Source of the DNA: a virus
Taxonomy: Duplodnaviria > Caudoviricetes
IMG/VR virus record: IMGVR_UViG_3300035682_000032
Coordinates: 649 to 64,648 of that record
Reading direction: 5' to 3' (one strand)
DNA length: 64,000 nucleotides
Shown here: piece by piece, positions 36,150 to 45,170 of the stretch
Numbering within the stretch: the stretch's first letter is position 1
Layout of the letters: each line of letters starts with the position of its first letter
The notes under the pieces: model-generated
The model's database searches: none
Told to the model about the DNA's origin: nothing
What the model saw: only the letters and a program-made list of their open reading frames with translations
Program-made: the position numbers and the translations under genes

Positions 36150-38564
36150 ATGGCAGCAGCAGATTCAATAGGAAAAGGCTTGTACTCCGCGCCGCAAGGA
36201 CTGGAGAGCTTGGGTGACAGTATCGAGGTCACGATGGACGAGGAGTCCACGGTCAACATGCTGCCTGATGGCGGTGCAGAGATCATCATGGGTGAGGCCA
36301 CCGACGAGAAGGACGAGTCTGACTTTGAGTGCAACCTTGCAGAGCACATCGACGAGGGCGTGCTGCACACTCTGTCGAGTGACTTGATCGAGTTGTTTGA
36401 GGCCGACATGGTGGCCCGCAAAGACTGGGCTGACACATTCGTCAAGGGTCTGGAAGTGCTGGGCTTCAAGTACGAGGAGCGCACCGAGCCGTGGGACGAC
36501 GCCTGCGGTGTGTATTCCACAGTGCTGGCCGAAGCTGCGATTCGGTTCCAAGCCGAGACCATGAGCGAGACATTCCCTGCTGCTGGCCCTGTCAAGACAA
36601 AGATTCTTGGCAAGGTGAGCAAAGAGAAAGAAGAAGCTGCTGAGCGTGTCAAGAACGACATGAACTATCAGTTGACCGAGCGCATGGTCGAGTACCGGCC
36701 AGAGCACGAGCGCATGTTGTACAGCTTGGGCCTTGCAGGTAGCGCGTTCAAGAAGGTGTACTTCGACCCACTGCTGGGTCGTCAAGTCTCTATCTATCTT
36801 CCAGCAGAAGATGTGGTGGTGCCGTATGGTGCGTCACACATCGAGACCGCAGAGCGCGTGACCCACGTGATGCGTAAGACAAAGAACGAGATGGACAAGC
36901 TGATGGCCAGCGGGTTCTATCGTGAGATTGACCTTGGCGATCCTCAGTCATTTCCCACAGATGTGGAAAAGAAAAAGGCTGAAGAAGGCGGCTACACAAT
37001 CCAGAACGACGAGCGTTACACGCTGCTGGAGATCAGTGTTGACATGCTGATTGATGGCGTGGACGACGAGGAAGATGACCTGCCTAAGCCTTACGTTGTG
37101 ACCATTGACCGTGGCACAGGAGAAGTTCTTTCTGTGCGTCGCAACTGGGAAGAAGATGACCCGCTGCGCTTAAAGGATGACCACTTCGTGCACTACGTTT
37201 ATGTGCCCGGTTTTGGCTTCTATGGTCTGGGTCTTATCCACATCATTGGTGGCTACGCACGCGCAGGCACTTCGATCATTCGTCAACTCGTTGATGCTGG
37301 CACATTGTCAAACCTGCCGGGTGGCCTGAAGGCTCGTGGCCTACGTGTTAAGGGTGACGACACACCGATCAACCCCGGTGAGTTCCGCGATGTAGACGTG
37401 CCAAGCGGCTCGATCAAAGACAACATCATGATGCTCCCATACAAGGAGCCATCACAAACACTGCTTGCGTTGTTACAGCGCATTACTGAAGAAGGCCGTC
37501 GCCTTGGCGCAATCAGCGACATGAACGTGTCGGATATGAGCGCAAACGCACCCGTGGGCACCACGCTGGCATTGCTGGAGCGAACGCTCAAGCCCATGGC
37601 GGCTGTGCAAGCTCGTGTGCACTATGCGATGAAGCAAGAGTTCAAGCTCTTGAAGAAAATCATTGCAGAAGAAGCACCCGAGGAGTACAGCTACCAGCCT
37701 GAGACTGGCCTGTCCAGAGCCCGCAAGACTGACTACGCGATGGTGGATGTCATCCCCGTCAGCGATCCCAACAGCAGCACGATGGCTCAGCGTGTGGTGC
37801 AGTACCAAGCTGTGTTCCAGATGTCGCAGTCTGCGCCTCAGATTTATGACCTACCCTACTTGCATCGTCAGATGATTGAAGTGCTGGGCATCAAGAACGC
37901 CGACAAGATTGTGCCAACGAGCGAAGATCAGAAGCCACGTGACCCAGTGTCTGAAAACATGTCAGCGTTGGTGGGCAAGCCGATGAAGGCGTTTATCCAC
38001 CAAGATCACGAAGCACACATTGCGACCCACACGTCGTTCATGCAAGACCCGATGATTGCGCAGACGATTGGCCAGAACCCACAAGCTCAGCAGATCATGG
38101 CTTCACTGCAAGCACACATTGCCGAGCACTTGGGTTTCAGCTACCGCAAGCAGATGGAAGAACGCCTTGGTGTCACGTTGCCACCACCAGACGAGCCACT
38201 GCCAGAAGATGTCGAGGTTCAACTGTCCAAGCTCATCGCAGATGGTGGCAAGCAGTTGGCCCAGCAGCACCAGCAGCAAGCCGCGCAGACGCAAGCCCAG
38301 CAGCAAGCCGCAGACCCACTGTTCCAGTTGGAGCAGGCCAAGGTCAAGGTGCAGGAGATGGAGGTCACTCGCAAGGCCCAGAAAGACCAGACCGATGCAG
38401 AGATTGCCGCAGCAAAACTCGTCATGGAGAAAGAGCGCGTGCAGATCGAGGCAGACAAAGAAGCCAATCGTGTCGAGGCACAAAAATCTCAAGCTCAGCA
38501 GCGTCTGAAACTTGATGCACTCAAGGTGTTAGCCACACCGAAACCCCAAGGGAAGAAGGAGTAA
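36150..38564 (+). CDS. portal protein (P22-like, long C-terminal barrel)
   Basis: Follows TerL; GSAFKKVYFD, GFYGLGLIH, Q-rich coiled C-terminus. Confidence 0.85.
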   Translation: MAAADSIGKGLYSAPQGLESLGDSIEVTMDEESTVNMLPDGGAEIIMGEATDEKDESDFECNLAEHIDEGVLHTLSSDLIELFEADMVARKDWADTFVKGLEVLGFKYEERTEPWDDACGVYSTVLAEAAIRFQAETMSETFPAAGPVKTKILGKVSKEKEEAAERVKNDMNYQLTERMVEYRPEHERMLYSLGLAGSAFKKVYFDPLLGRQVSIYLPAEDVVVPYGASHIETAERVTHVMRKTKNEMDKLMASGFYREIDLGDPQSFPTDVEKKKAEEGGYTIQNDERYTLLEISVDMLIDGVDDEEDDLPKPYVVTIDRGTGEVLSVRRNWEEDDPLRLKDDHFVHYVYVPGFGFYGLGLIHIIGGYARAGTSIIRQLVDAGTLSNLPGGLKARGLRVKGDDTPINPGEFRDVDVPSGSIKDNIMMLPYKEPSQTLLALLQRITEEGRRLGAISDMNVSDMSANAPVGTTLALLERTLKPMAAVQARVHYAMKQEFKLLKKIIAEEAPEEYSYQPETGLSRARKTDYAMVDVIPVSDPNSSTMAQRVVQYQAVFQMSQSAPQIYDLPYLHRQMIEVLGIKNADKIVPTSEDQKPRDPVSENMSALVGKPMKAFIHQDHEAHIATHTSFMQDPMIAQTIGQNPQAQQIMASLQAHIAEHLGFSYRKQMEERLGVTLPPPDEPLPEDVEVQLSKLIADGGKQLAQQHQQQAAQTQAQQQAADPLFQLEQAKVKVQEMEVTRKAQKDQTDAEIAAAKLVMEKERVQIEADKEANRVEAQKSQAQQRLKLDALKVLATPKPQGKKE

Positions 38565-38567
38565 TCC

Positions 38568-38768
38568 ATGGCCAAATCCGTCTTTGACGTGCTTGTAATG
38601 AAACATGAGGAAGATGTATCTTCCGCAACCCAGTTTCTGGCAAACGGTGGGGCTAAAGACCTCGCCGAATATCGGGAAGTAGTAGGCAGGATTCGGGGTC
38701 TCCAGCTTGCTATCCAAACAACCAAAGACCTTTCGCGCTCTCAAATGGAAGAAGAAGACAATGACTGA
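38568..38768 (+). CDS. hypothetical protein
   Basis: AAGGAG RBS; EYREVVGRIRGL. Confidence 0.7.
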   Translation: MAKSVFDVLVMKHEEDVSSATQFLANGGAKDLAEYREVVGRIRGLQLAIQTTKDLSRSQMEEEDND

Positions 38769-39141
38769 TCAAGTCGAAAACGCCGTAACTGACGATGAAA
38801 TGGAAGCCCAGCTTCCAAAGCCTGTTGGGTATCGGTTGCTTGTGGCGCTGCCACAGATTGAAGAAACCATCGGTGAGATGGGCATCATTAAAGCCAAGCA
38901 GACCATGCGTGAAGAACGCATCCTGTCTACGGTTGGGTTGGTGTTGGATATGGGCGAACAAGCCTATTCTGACCCCACACGCTTCCCGAATGGCCCATGG
39001 TGCAAGGTAGGCGACTATGTTGTATTTGCGTCATACACAGGCACCCGTGTCAGTGTTAATGGCGTTGAGTATCGCCTGATGAACGACGACTCCATCGAAG
39101 CAGTCGTGGCCGATCCGCGTGGTGTATCGCGTGCTGGATAA
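38761..39141 (+). CDS. groES: GroES-like co-chaperonin
   Basis: PVGYRLLV, KVGDYVVF..YTGT, EYRLMNDDSIEAVV. Confidence 0.85.
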   Translation: MTDQVENAVTDDEMEAQLPKPVGYRLLVALPQIEETIGEMGIIKAKQTMREERILSTVGLVLDMGEQAYSDPTRFPNGPWCKVGDYVVFASYTGTRVSVNGVEYRLMNDDSIEAVVADPRGVSRAG

Positions 39142-39151
39142 GGAGTAATAC

Positions 39152-40186
39152 ATGCCACTTCAAAAAGTAGAGTTTGAATTTCCTGACCCCGATAAGGCGT
39201 CGGATAAAACAGACTTTGTTGAAAAAAGCGACGGCAGCTTTGCGCTGAAAGTCGAGGGACGCGCTGCGGATGAAGAAGCCAAGCGCGAAAAGGCCAAGGC
39301 GCAAGCCAAGGAAGACGATTTTGACATCGAGGTGGTAGACGACCGCCCCGACGAAGATCAAGGGAAGAAGCGTTCTAAGGCTCCCATGGAGCTTTCCGAA
39401 GAGGAAATGGACGAGTATTCCGAGAAGGTGCGAAAGCGCCTGCAACACTTTAGCAAGGGCTATCACGACCAGCGACGTGCAGCAGAGTCTGCCGCCAAGG
39501 AACGTGAGGAAGCGTTGCGCTACGCGCAGCAGATCGCTGAGGAGAACAAGAAGCTCAAGGGCACTGTCTCCAAGAACCAAGAAGCGATGCTGGAATCAGC
39601 CAAAAAGATGGCTGCTGCGGAGCATGACGAGGCCAAAGTCCAGTACAAAAAGGCTTATGAATCTGGTGAAGCGGATGCCGTGGTCGAGGCTCAAGAAGCA
39701 CTGACTGCTGCAAAAATGAAGGTTGAGCGAGTAAACAACCTAAAACTTCCCGCTTTACAAGAAGACGAGTATGATGTACAAATACAAACAACCGCCCCAG
39801 CACAGTCAGTTGATGACCGTGCCACTGCTTGGCAAGCCAAGAATAAGTGGTTCGGAGATGACGATGAGATGACCAGTTTTGCGTTGGGGTTGCACCAAAA
39901 ATTGGTCAAACAGGGCGTCAACCCGCGATCTGACGATTACTACGAGAAGATCAACTCTCGTATGCGCCAAGTGTTCCCAGAGTCCTTTGAGGACGATGAT
40001 GACCACGAGGAGGTGACCGAAGAGCGTCGTCGTAAGACGACAGTCGTTGCATCTGCAACACGAAGTGTGGCCCCTAAAAAGATCACTCTCTCGCGTACGC
40101 AAGTTGCTCTGGCTAAAAGGCTCGGAGTGCCACTGGAAGAATACGCCAAACAGGTTGCTATGGAATTGAGGAAACAAAATGGCTGA
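39152..40186 (+). CDS. capsid scaffolding protein
   Basis: Acidic coiled coil between portal and capsid; ends AKRLGVPLEEYAK. Confidence 0.7.
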   Translation: MPLQKVEFEFPDPDKASDKTDFVEKSDGSFALKVEGRAADEEAKREKAKAQAKEDDFDIEVVDDRPDEDQGKKRSKAPMELSEEEMDEYSEKVRKRLQHFSKGYHDQRRAAESAAKEREEALRYAQQIAEENKKLKGTVSKNQEAMLESAKKMAAAEHDEAKVQYKKAYESGEADAVVEAQEALTAAKMKVERVNNLKLPALQEDEYDVQIQTTAPAQSVDDRATAWQAKNKWFGDDDEMTSFALGLHQKLVKQGVNPRSDDYYEKINSRMRQVFPESFEDDDDHEEVTEERRRKTTVVASATRSVAPKKITLSRTQVALAKRLGVPLEEYAKQVAMELRKQNG

Positions 40187-40631
40187 AAACAGACTTAATC
40201 GTGAACTGGAAACCCGTGAAAAAACGGCTCGCAAGAAATCGTGGACTCGTCCCGAGACCTTGCCAACTCCCTTCCCGGAGGATGGCTATGAATTCCATTG
40301 GGTTCGCATCAGCACTCGCGGCGAAGCCGACGCCATGAATGTGTCCTTGAAACTACAAGAAGGCTGGGAGCCCGTTAAGGCTGCTGATCACCCCGAAATT
40401 TTCGTTGCAGGCGTCGAAAACGACCGCTTCAAGGACAATATCGTGATTGGTGGTTTGATGCTTTGCAAAACCCCCACTGAGTTCGTTCAAGATCGCAACA
40501 GTTGGTTCAACAACCAAGCGTCATCTCAGATGAAGTCAGTTGACAACAATCTCATGCGCGAAAACGATCCCCGTATGCCGCTCTTCAATGATCGGAAAAC
40601 AACGGTGTCTCGTTTTGGTAATGGAACTTAA
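40179..40631 (+). CDS. conserved head-module hypothetical protein
   Basis: WVR...EGWEPV...GGLMLCK. Confidence 0.65.
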   Translation: MAENRLNRELETREKTARKKSWTRPETLPTPFPEDGYEFHWVRISTRGEADAMNVSLKLQEGWEPVKAADHPEIFVAGVENDRFKDNIVIGGLMLCKTPTEFVQDRNSWFNNQASSQMKSVDNNLMRENDPRMPLFNDRKTTVSRFGNGT

Positions 40632-40648
40632 CTTTTTTGGAGTCACAA

Positions 40649-41296
40649 ATGGCTTATCCTACCGTTTCTGCCCCTTACGGGCTTAAACCAGTCAATCTAA
40701 TTGGCGGTCAGGTGTATGCTGGTTCGACCCGCCTATTGAAGATTGCAAGCGGCTATGCTGCAAACATCTTCTACGGTGATGTGGTCAAGCTGGTTAGCAC
40801 TGGCACTGTCGAAAAAGACACTGGCACTACAACTGGCACCCCCGTTGGTGTTTTCTTGGGCTGCACCTACACAGACCCTTCGTCTAAGCAACCTCGCTGG
40901 AGCCAATACTGGCCCACCGGCACCGTCGCTTCTGACGCACAGGCTTATGTCGTGGATGATCCCGATATTTTGTTTAAAGTTGCTGCTGTGTCGTCTGGCA
41001 CAACCGTGGCTTTCTACGCGCAAACTGTGATTGGCCTCAACGTCTCCTTGGTGCAGAACTCCGGTTCTACAACCACTGGCGACTCTGCTGTGGCCATTGA
41101 TGGTTCCGCTGTTGCTACGACTGTTTCCTTGCCTATCCGCATCATTGCTGGTGTGCCTGATACAGCTAACGCTTCTGGTGAATTCTGCGAATTCATTTGC
41201 AAGTGGAACATGCCGTACATTACTCTTGCTGAAGGTGCTCCCAACGTTGTTACGTGGGCAGGTGGCCATCAGTATCTCAACCCACTCGGCGTTTAA
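40649..41296 (+). CDS. putative capsid decoration/minor capsid protein
   Basis: Directly upstream of the capsid gene; PYGLKP, IFYGDVV, GVFLGC, VVDDPD. Confidence 0.6.
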   Translation: MAYPTVSAPYGLKPVNLIGGQVYAGSTRLLKIASGYAANIFYGDVVKLVSTGTVEKDTGTTTGTPVGVFLGCTYTDPSSKQPRWSQYWPTGTVASDAQAYVVDDPDILFKVAAVSSGTTVAFYAQTVIGLNVSLVQNSGSTTTGDSAVAIDGSAVATTVSLPIRIIAGVPDTANASGEFCEFICKWNMPYITLAEGAPNVVTWAGGHQYLNPLGV

Positions 41297-41310
41297 TAAG
41301 GAGCTAAATC

Positions 41311-42219
41311 ATGGCTATTTCACGCGCACAGCTACTGAAAGAACTGCTCCCCGGCCTAAACGCTTTGTTTGGTTTGGAGTACAAAAAGTACGGCGAAGAG
41401 CACAAAGAGATTTTCGAGACCGAAACCTCTGAGCGTTCTTTTGAAGAAGAAACCAAGTTGTCTGGCTTTAGTGCCGCACCGGTGAAGAATGAAGGTTCTG
41501 CACTCCAGTACGACAACGCTCAAGAAGCATGGACTGCACGCTACGTGCACGAAACCATTGCGATGGGTTTCTCTCTGACCGAAGAAGCTATCGAAGACAA
41601 CTTGTATGACTCGTTGTCCGCTCGATACACCAAGGCTTTGGCTCGCGCCATGGCCTACACCAAGCAGGTTAAAGCTGCTGCGATCCTGAACACTGCCTTT
41701 GCTGGCGGCCCCACCTACGGTGACGGTCAAGTTCTGTGCTCGACAGCCCACCCTCTGGTGTCTGGTGGTACCAACAGCAATCGTCCTACTGTCGCTGCCG
41801 ACTTGAATGAGACTTCCTTGGAAGCCGCTGTCATTCAGATCGCTGGTTGGACAGACGAGCGTGGTTTGTTGATCGCTGCTCAGCCTAAGAAACTGATCGT
41901 GCCCCCAACGTTGCAATTCGTTGCAACTCGTTTGTTGGAAACCGAACTCCGCGTCGGCACCAATGACAACGACATTAACGCACTGAAGAACAACAGTTCC
42001 ATCCGCGAAGGCTACACTGTCAACCACTACTTGACAGACACCAACGCATGGTTCCTGATGACTGACGTGCCTAATGGCTTGAAGCACTTTGTCCGTAGCC
42101 CATTGCAAAATGGCATGGACGCTGACTTTGATACCGGCAACAGCCGTTACAAGGCCCGCGAGCGTTATAGTTTCGGTGTATCCGACCCTCTGGGTATCTT
42201 CGGTTCCCCCGGCGCTTAA
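41311..42219 (+). CDS. major capsid protein
   Basis: AAGGAG RBS, strong codon bias, PKKLIVP, YKARERYSFG..DP, strong terminator downstream. Confidence 0.88.
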   Translation: MAISRAQLLKELLPGLNALFGLEYKKYGEEHKEIFETETSERSFEEETKLSGFSAAPVKNEGSALQYDNAQEAWTARYVHETIAMGFSLTEEAIEDNLYDSLSARYTKALARAMAYTKQVKAAAILNTAFAGGPTYGDGQVLCSTAHPLVSGGTNSNRPTVAADLNETSLEAAVIQIAGWTDERGLLIAAQPKKLIVPPTLQFVATRLLETELRVGTNDNDINALKNNSSIREGYTVNHYLTDTNAWFLMTDVPNGLKHFVRSPLQNGMDADFDTGNSRYKARERYSFGVSDPLGIFGSPGA

Positions 42220-42226
42220 ACCGCGT

Positions 42227-42259
42227 AAAGAAAAGCTCCTTCGGGGGCTTTTCTTTTTT
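42227..42259 (+). terminator. intrinsic terminator after the capsid gene
   Basis: AAAGAAAAGCTCC-TTCG-GGGGCTTTTCTTTTTT. Confidence 0.9.
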
Positions 42260-42285
42260 GGTATTTGGTGTATATTTGAATCACT

Positions 42286-42353
42286 CCGGGAATTCCGGTG
42301 CATCAAACTGTCCCGGCAGACGACATACCGATTGATGCACTTCACTTGTATGT
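42286..42353 (+). ncRNA. candidate structured cis-regulatory RNA (double pseudoknot)
   Basis: Pairings CCGGGA/TCCCGG, GTGCATCAA/TTGATGCAC, CTG/CAG and ACATAC/GTATGT, ending at the RBS. Confidence 0.5.
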
Positions 42354-42365
42354 AAGGAACCTATC

Positions 42366-42839
42366 ATGGGAATCGCAACTCACCTCGGCCCGTGGCTGCT
42401 TGGCACAACACGTTACACGACTGGCACAGACGCTGCTACTACACGTAACACCGGCGCAACTATCGTCTCTCAAGACAAAGCCGTTGCCTACAACGACGCT
42501 GATGCCACTACAGCATTCTGTCTTCCTGCTGGCTCACGCCTCGTGAGTTTGCAATTCATTACCATCGACGCATTTGATGCCGCTACGACAATCACATTGT
42601 CTTTGGCTGGTACAGCCATCACTGGCGCAACAACTGTGACTGACGCAGGTCTGGTTACTTTTGCTCCTGTGGCTTCTGACGCTGTGGCAACACTCTGGTC
42701 AAACACTGGCGCAATTGATAAGTTGTTGACATACACAGTGGCACAAGGCGCTTCCACAAACGGCGCTGGCGTGTTGGTGGTGAACTACGTGGTTCGCAAC
42801 TCTGACGGTACGATGTACCAATCGTCACAGCAAGTGTAA
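42366..42839 (+). CDS. putative virion structural protein
   Basis: Thr/Ala-rich beta-type sequence (LPAGS) after the capsid gene. Confidence 0.6.
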   Translation: MGIATHLGPWLLGTTRYTTGTDAATTRNTGATIVSQDKAVAYNDADATTAFCLPAGSRLVSLQFITIDAFDAATTITLSLAGTAITGATTVTDAGLVTFAPVASDAVATLWSNTGAIDKLLTYTVAQGASTNGAGVLVVNYVVRNSDGTMYQSSQQV

Positions 42840-42882
42840 TCAACCCAAGGGGCTTCGGCCCCTGTTCTAAAGGAGATTGATT

Positions 42883-43161
42883 ATGGGTATGCAAACTGAC
42901 GTAATAGCCAAATCAATGGCTGCATCAGGTTCTGTTTTTGGTGACCGCACTCGTGTGCGCGGAGCCTTAGTTGAGCCCGGCACGGGTGCAGGTAGTGTCG
43001 CCTTTAAAGACGGCGGCTCTGGTGGCACCACCCTGTTTACCATCAACACTATTGCCAACGGCGAACCGTTTAGCGTGGTTATTCCAGCGCAAGGCGTTTT
43101 GTTTGAAACAGACGTTTATGTTGTGTTGACGGACGCTAAAGTAACGGTGTTCTATGGCTAA
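42883..43161 (+). CDS. putative virion protein
   Basis: AAGGAG RBS; IPAQGVLFET...VTVFYG. Confidence 0.6.
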   Translation: MGMQTDVIAKSMAASGSVFGDRTRVRGALVEPGTGAGSVAFKDGGSGGTTLFTINTIANGEPFSVVIPAQGVLFETDVYVVLTDAKVTVFYG

Positions 43162-43414
43162 GAGTCCAGCATGGCAACGGAAAGAAGGGAAGAGTCCGAG
43201 TGGAGGGCTCAACGCGAAAGGTCGCGCCTCCGCAAAGAAGCAGGGGATGAATTTGAAACCTCCTGCACCCAACCCCAAGACCAAAGCCGACGCAGGGCGT
43301 CGCGCCTCCTTCTGCGCTCGTATGAGCGGTATGAAAGAGAAGCTGACATCCGAGAAGACTAAAAAAGACCCAGACTCGCGGATCAACAAGAGTTTAAGAG
43401 CGTGGAAATGTTAG
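43154..43414 (+). CDS. small basic protein
   Basis: GGLNAKGR...RRASFCARM...SLRAWKC. Confidence 0.7.
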   Translation: MAKSPAWQRKEGKSPSGGLNAKGRASAKKQGMNLKPPAPNPKTKADAGRRASFCARMSGMKEKLTSEKTKKDPDSRINKSLRAWKC

Positions 43415-43650
43415 ATTTCAACACTGCATGGTCAGCTATCCTATCCTTGGTGATCGGATTGTTTGGCTATATGATGAATGAAAAGTTCAGGGAACTGACT
43501 CGCATTACGATCTTGCTGAACAAAACCCGTGAGGAGGTTGCCCGTGATAACGTCACTCAAGCAGAAGTGGATCGAATTACGAACCACATTGACCAACGCT
43601 TTAATAAACTTGAAGCAAAAATTGACCAGCTTATTCAAGCGGGGAGATAA
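43402..43650 (+). CDS. small membrane protein with coiled coil
   Basis: N-terminal TM segment followed by heptads. Confidence 0.6.
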   Translation: MEMLDFNTAWSAILSLVIGLFGYMMNEKFRELTRITILLNKTREEVARDNVTQAEVDRITNHIDQRFNKLEAKIDQLIQAGR

Positions 43651-43656
43651 ATAATC

Positions 43657-43938
43657 ATGTTTAACAGTAAAGACGACAAAGCGCCCACACCCCCACCCCC
43701 ACCACGCCGAGACGAAGGCACCCCAAATTTTGACGGGAGTGCCTCATCGTTGGGTAGCAGCCTTCGTGATGCCGTAAGCATTCCTCTTGGCGGTGGTACG
43801 TTGGAGCCAGCTAAAGTTGGCAAAGGGTATGGGGTCAGATGGTCTAAGAAGTTTGATAAGGGTGGCAAAGTTGGTTCTGCTTCTAAGCGTGCTGATGGAA
43901 TTGCTCAACGGGGTAAAACCAAGGGCAGGTATTTGTAA
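43657..43938 (+). CDS. small basic protein with FxxGG and ADGxAxxGKTKG motifs
   Basis: KFDKGGKVGSASKRADGIAQRGKTKG. Confidence 0.65.
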   Translation: MFNSKDDKAPTPPPPPRRDEGTPNFDGSASSLGSSLRDAVSIPLGGGTLEPAKVGKGYGVRWSKKFDKGGKVGSASKRADGIAQRGKTKGRYL

Positions 43939-44291
43939 TGCCCTCGGTTAGCCCAGCGCAAAAGCGTTTGATGGATGCGGCGGCTCACAACCCTGCGTTT
44001 GCCAAAAAAGTCGGTGTGCCTACCAAGGTCGCCAAAGAGTTTAGTCAGGCCGATAAAGGCCGTAAATTTGAAAGAGGTGGTGAGATGAAAGAATCAAAAG
44101 CCATGGCCAAGAAAGAAGTTGGCTTCATGAAAAAGGCTGGCGCACCCAAGTCTATGATCAAGCACGAAAAGGCTGAAATGATGGGCATGAAATCAGGCGG
44201 TGCCGTGTTCCGTAAAGCCGCTGATGGCGTTGCTAAAAAAGGCAAAACCAAAGGCACACAAATCGCAATGAAGAAAGGCGGGAAGTGCTGA
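43938..44291 (+). CDS. small Lys-rich protein with three [FM]xxGG motifs
   Basis: FERGG, MKSGG, ADGVAKKGKTKG, MKKGG. Confidence 0.65.
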   Translation: MPSVSPAQKRLMDAAAHNPAFAKKVGVPTKVAKEFSQADKGRKFERGGEMKESKAMAKKEVGFMKKAGAPKSMIKHEKAEMMGMKSGGAVFRKAADGVAKKGKTKGTQIAMKKGGKC

Positions 44292-44617
44292 TGAAAAAAC
44301 GTAAATTCAACGACGGCGGCATCTATACTGCCGAGATGGGGAAACCCCCACAAGACATTGACGGAGCATCTGTACGTATGAAAAAGCCAATGCCCAAGCC
44401 TCCTATGGCCATGAAGAAACCCATGCCCAAGAAGCCAATGATGCCAGTTGCTCCTAAGCCACGTGGTGCAGCACCCGATGAGTCTGTGATGCCTGCTCCC
44501 GCTTTCAAGAGTGGTGGCTCTGTAGGCTCTGCATCTAAGCGTGCTGACGGTTGTGCTGTTAAAGGCAAAACCAAAGGCACCATGATTGCTATGAAGGGTG
44601 GCGGTTACGCCTGCTAA
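44291..44617 (+). CDS. small Lys/Pro-rich protein with [FM]xxGG motifs
   Basis: FNDGG, FKSGGSVGSASKRADGCAVKGKTKG. Confidence 0.65.
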   Translation: MKKRKFNDGGIYTAEMGKPPQDIDGASVRMKKPMPKPPMAMKKPMPKKPMMPVAPKPRGAAPDESVMPAPAFKSGGSVGSASKRADGCAVKGKTKGTMIAMKGGGYAC

Positions 44618-44619
44618 TC

Positions 44620-44940
44620 ATGAGAGCAAGTCGCGGTATGGGGATCATTAACCCAGACAAAATGCCCAAAGCCAAGGTGAAGAAACGCCGTGACAACACG
44701 GACTTCACCGAGGATGGGCAGGTGCGTCAGCGCCGCGACGACACAGACTTTCTTGAGTACGCTGAGGGCGGCAAAGTTAACGCCGCTGGAAACTACACCA
44801 AGCCCAGTTTGCGCAAGCGAATCGTGTCTCAGGTGAAAGCGGCGGCTACGCAGGGCACCGGTGCAGGCCAATGGTCAGCCCGTAAAGCCCAGCTTGTGGC
44901 CAAAAAATACAAGGCCGCTGGTGGGGGGTACAGAGATTGA
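44620..44940 (+). CDS. small basic protein
   Basis: YAEGGKV; GQWSARKAQL...YKAAGGGY. Confidence 0.65.
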   Translation: MRASRGMGIINPDKMPKAKVKKRRDNTDFTEDGQVRQRRDDTDFLEYAEGGKVNAAGNYTKPSLRKRIVSQVKAAATQGTGAGQWSARKAQLVAKKYKAAGGGYRD

Positions 44941-45170
44941 AAGCTCCACAAAAATCGCTCAAAGATTGGGGTGACCAGAAGTGGCGCACCAAGTCTGGCA
45001 AGCCGTCGAGCAAGACGGGGGAGCGGTATTTGCCTGAAGCTGCCATAAAATCTTTGTCACCTGCTGAGTACGCCGCAACAACCAAAGCAAAGCGTGCCGG
45101 TAAAGCCGCAGGCAAACAGTTTGTAGCCCAGCCTAAAACGATTGCAAAGAAAACAGCGGGGTATCGGTAA
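44937..45170 (+). CDS. small basic protein
   Basis: QKSLKDW..QKWRT...GERYLP. Confidence 0.65.
   Translation: MKAPQKSLKDWGDQKWRTKSGKPSSKTGERYLPEAAIKSLSPAEYAATTKAKRAGKAAGKQFVAQPKTIAKKTAGYR

Noticed and set aside
41356-42345. 329-aa minus-strand ORF over the capsid gene
   Set aside because: Antisense shadow caused by strong codon bias.
42848-42863. AGGGGC-TTCG-GCCCCT hairpin as a terminator
   Set aside because: No adequate U-tract; more likely a stabilising stem.
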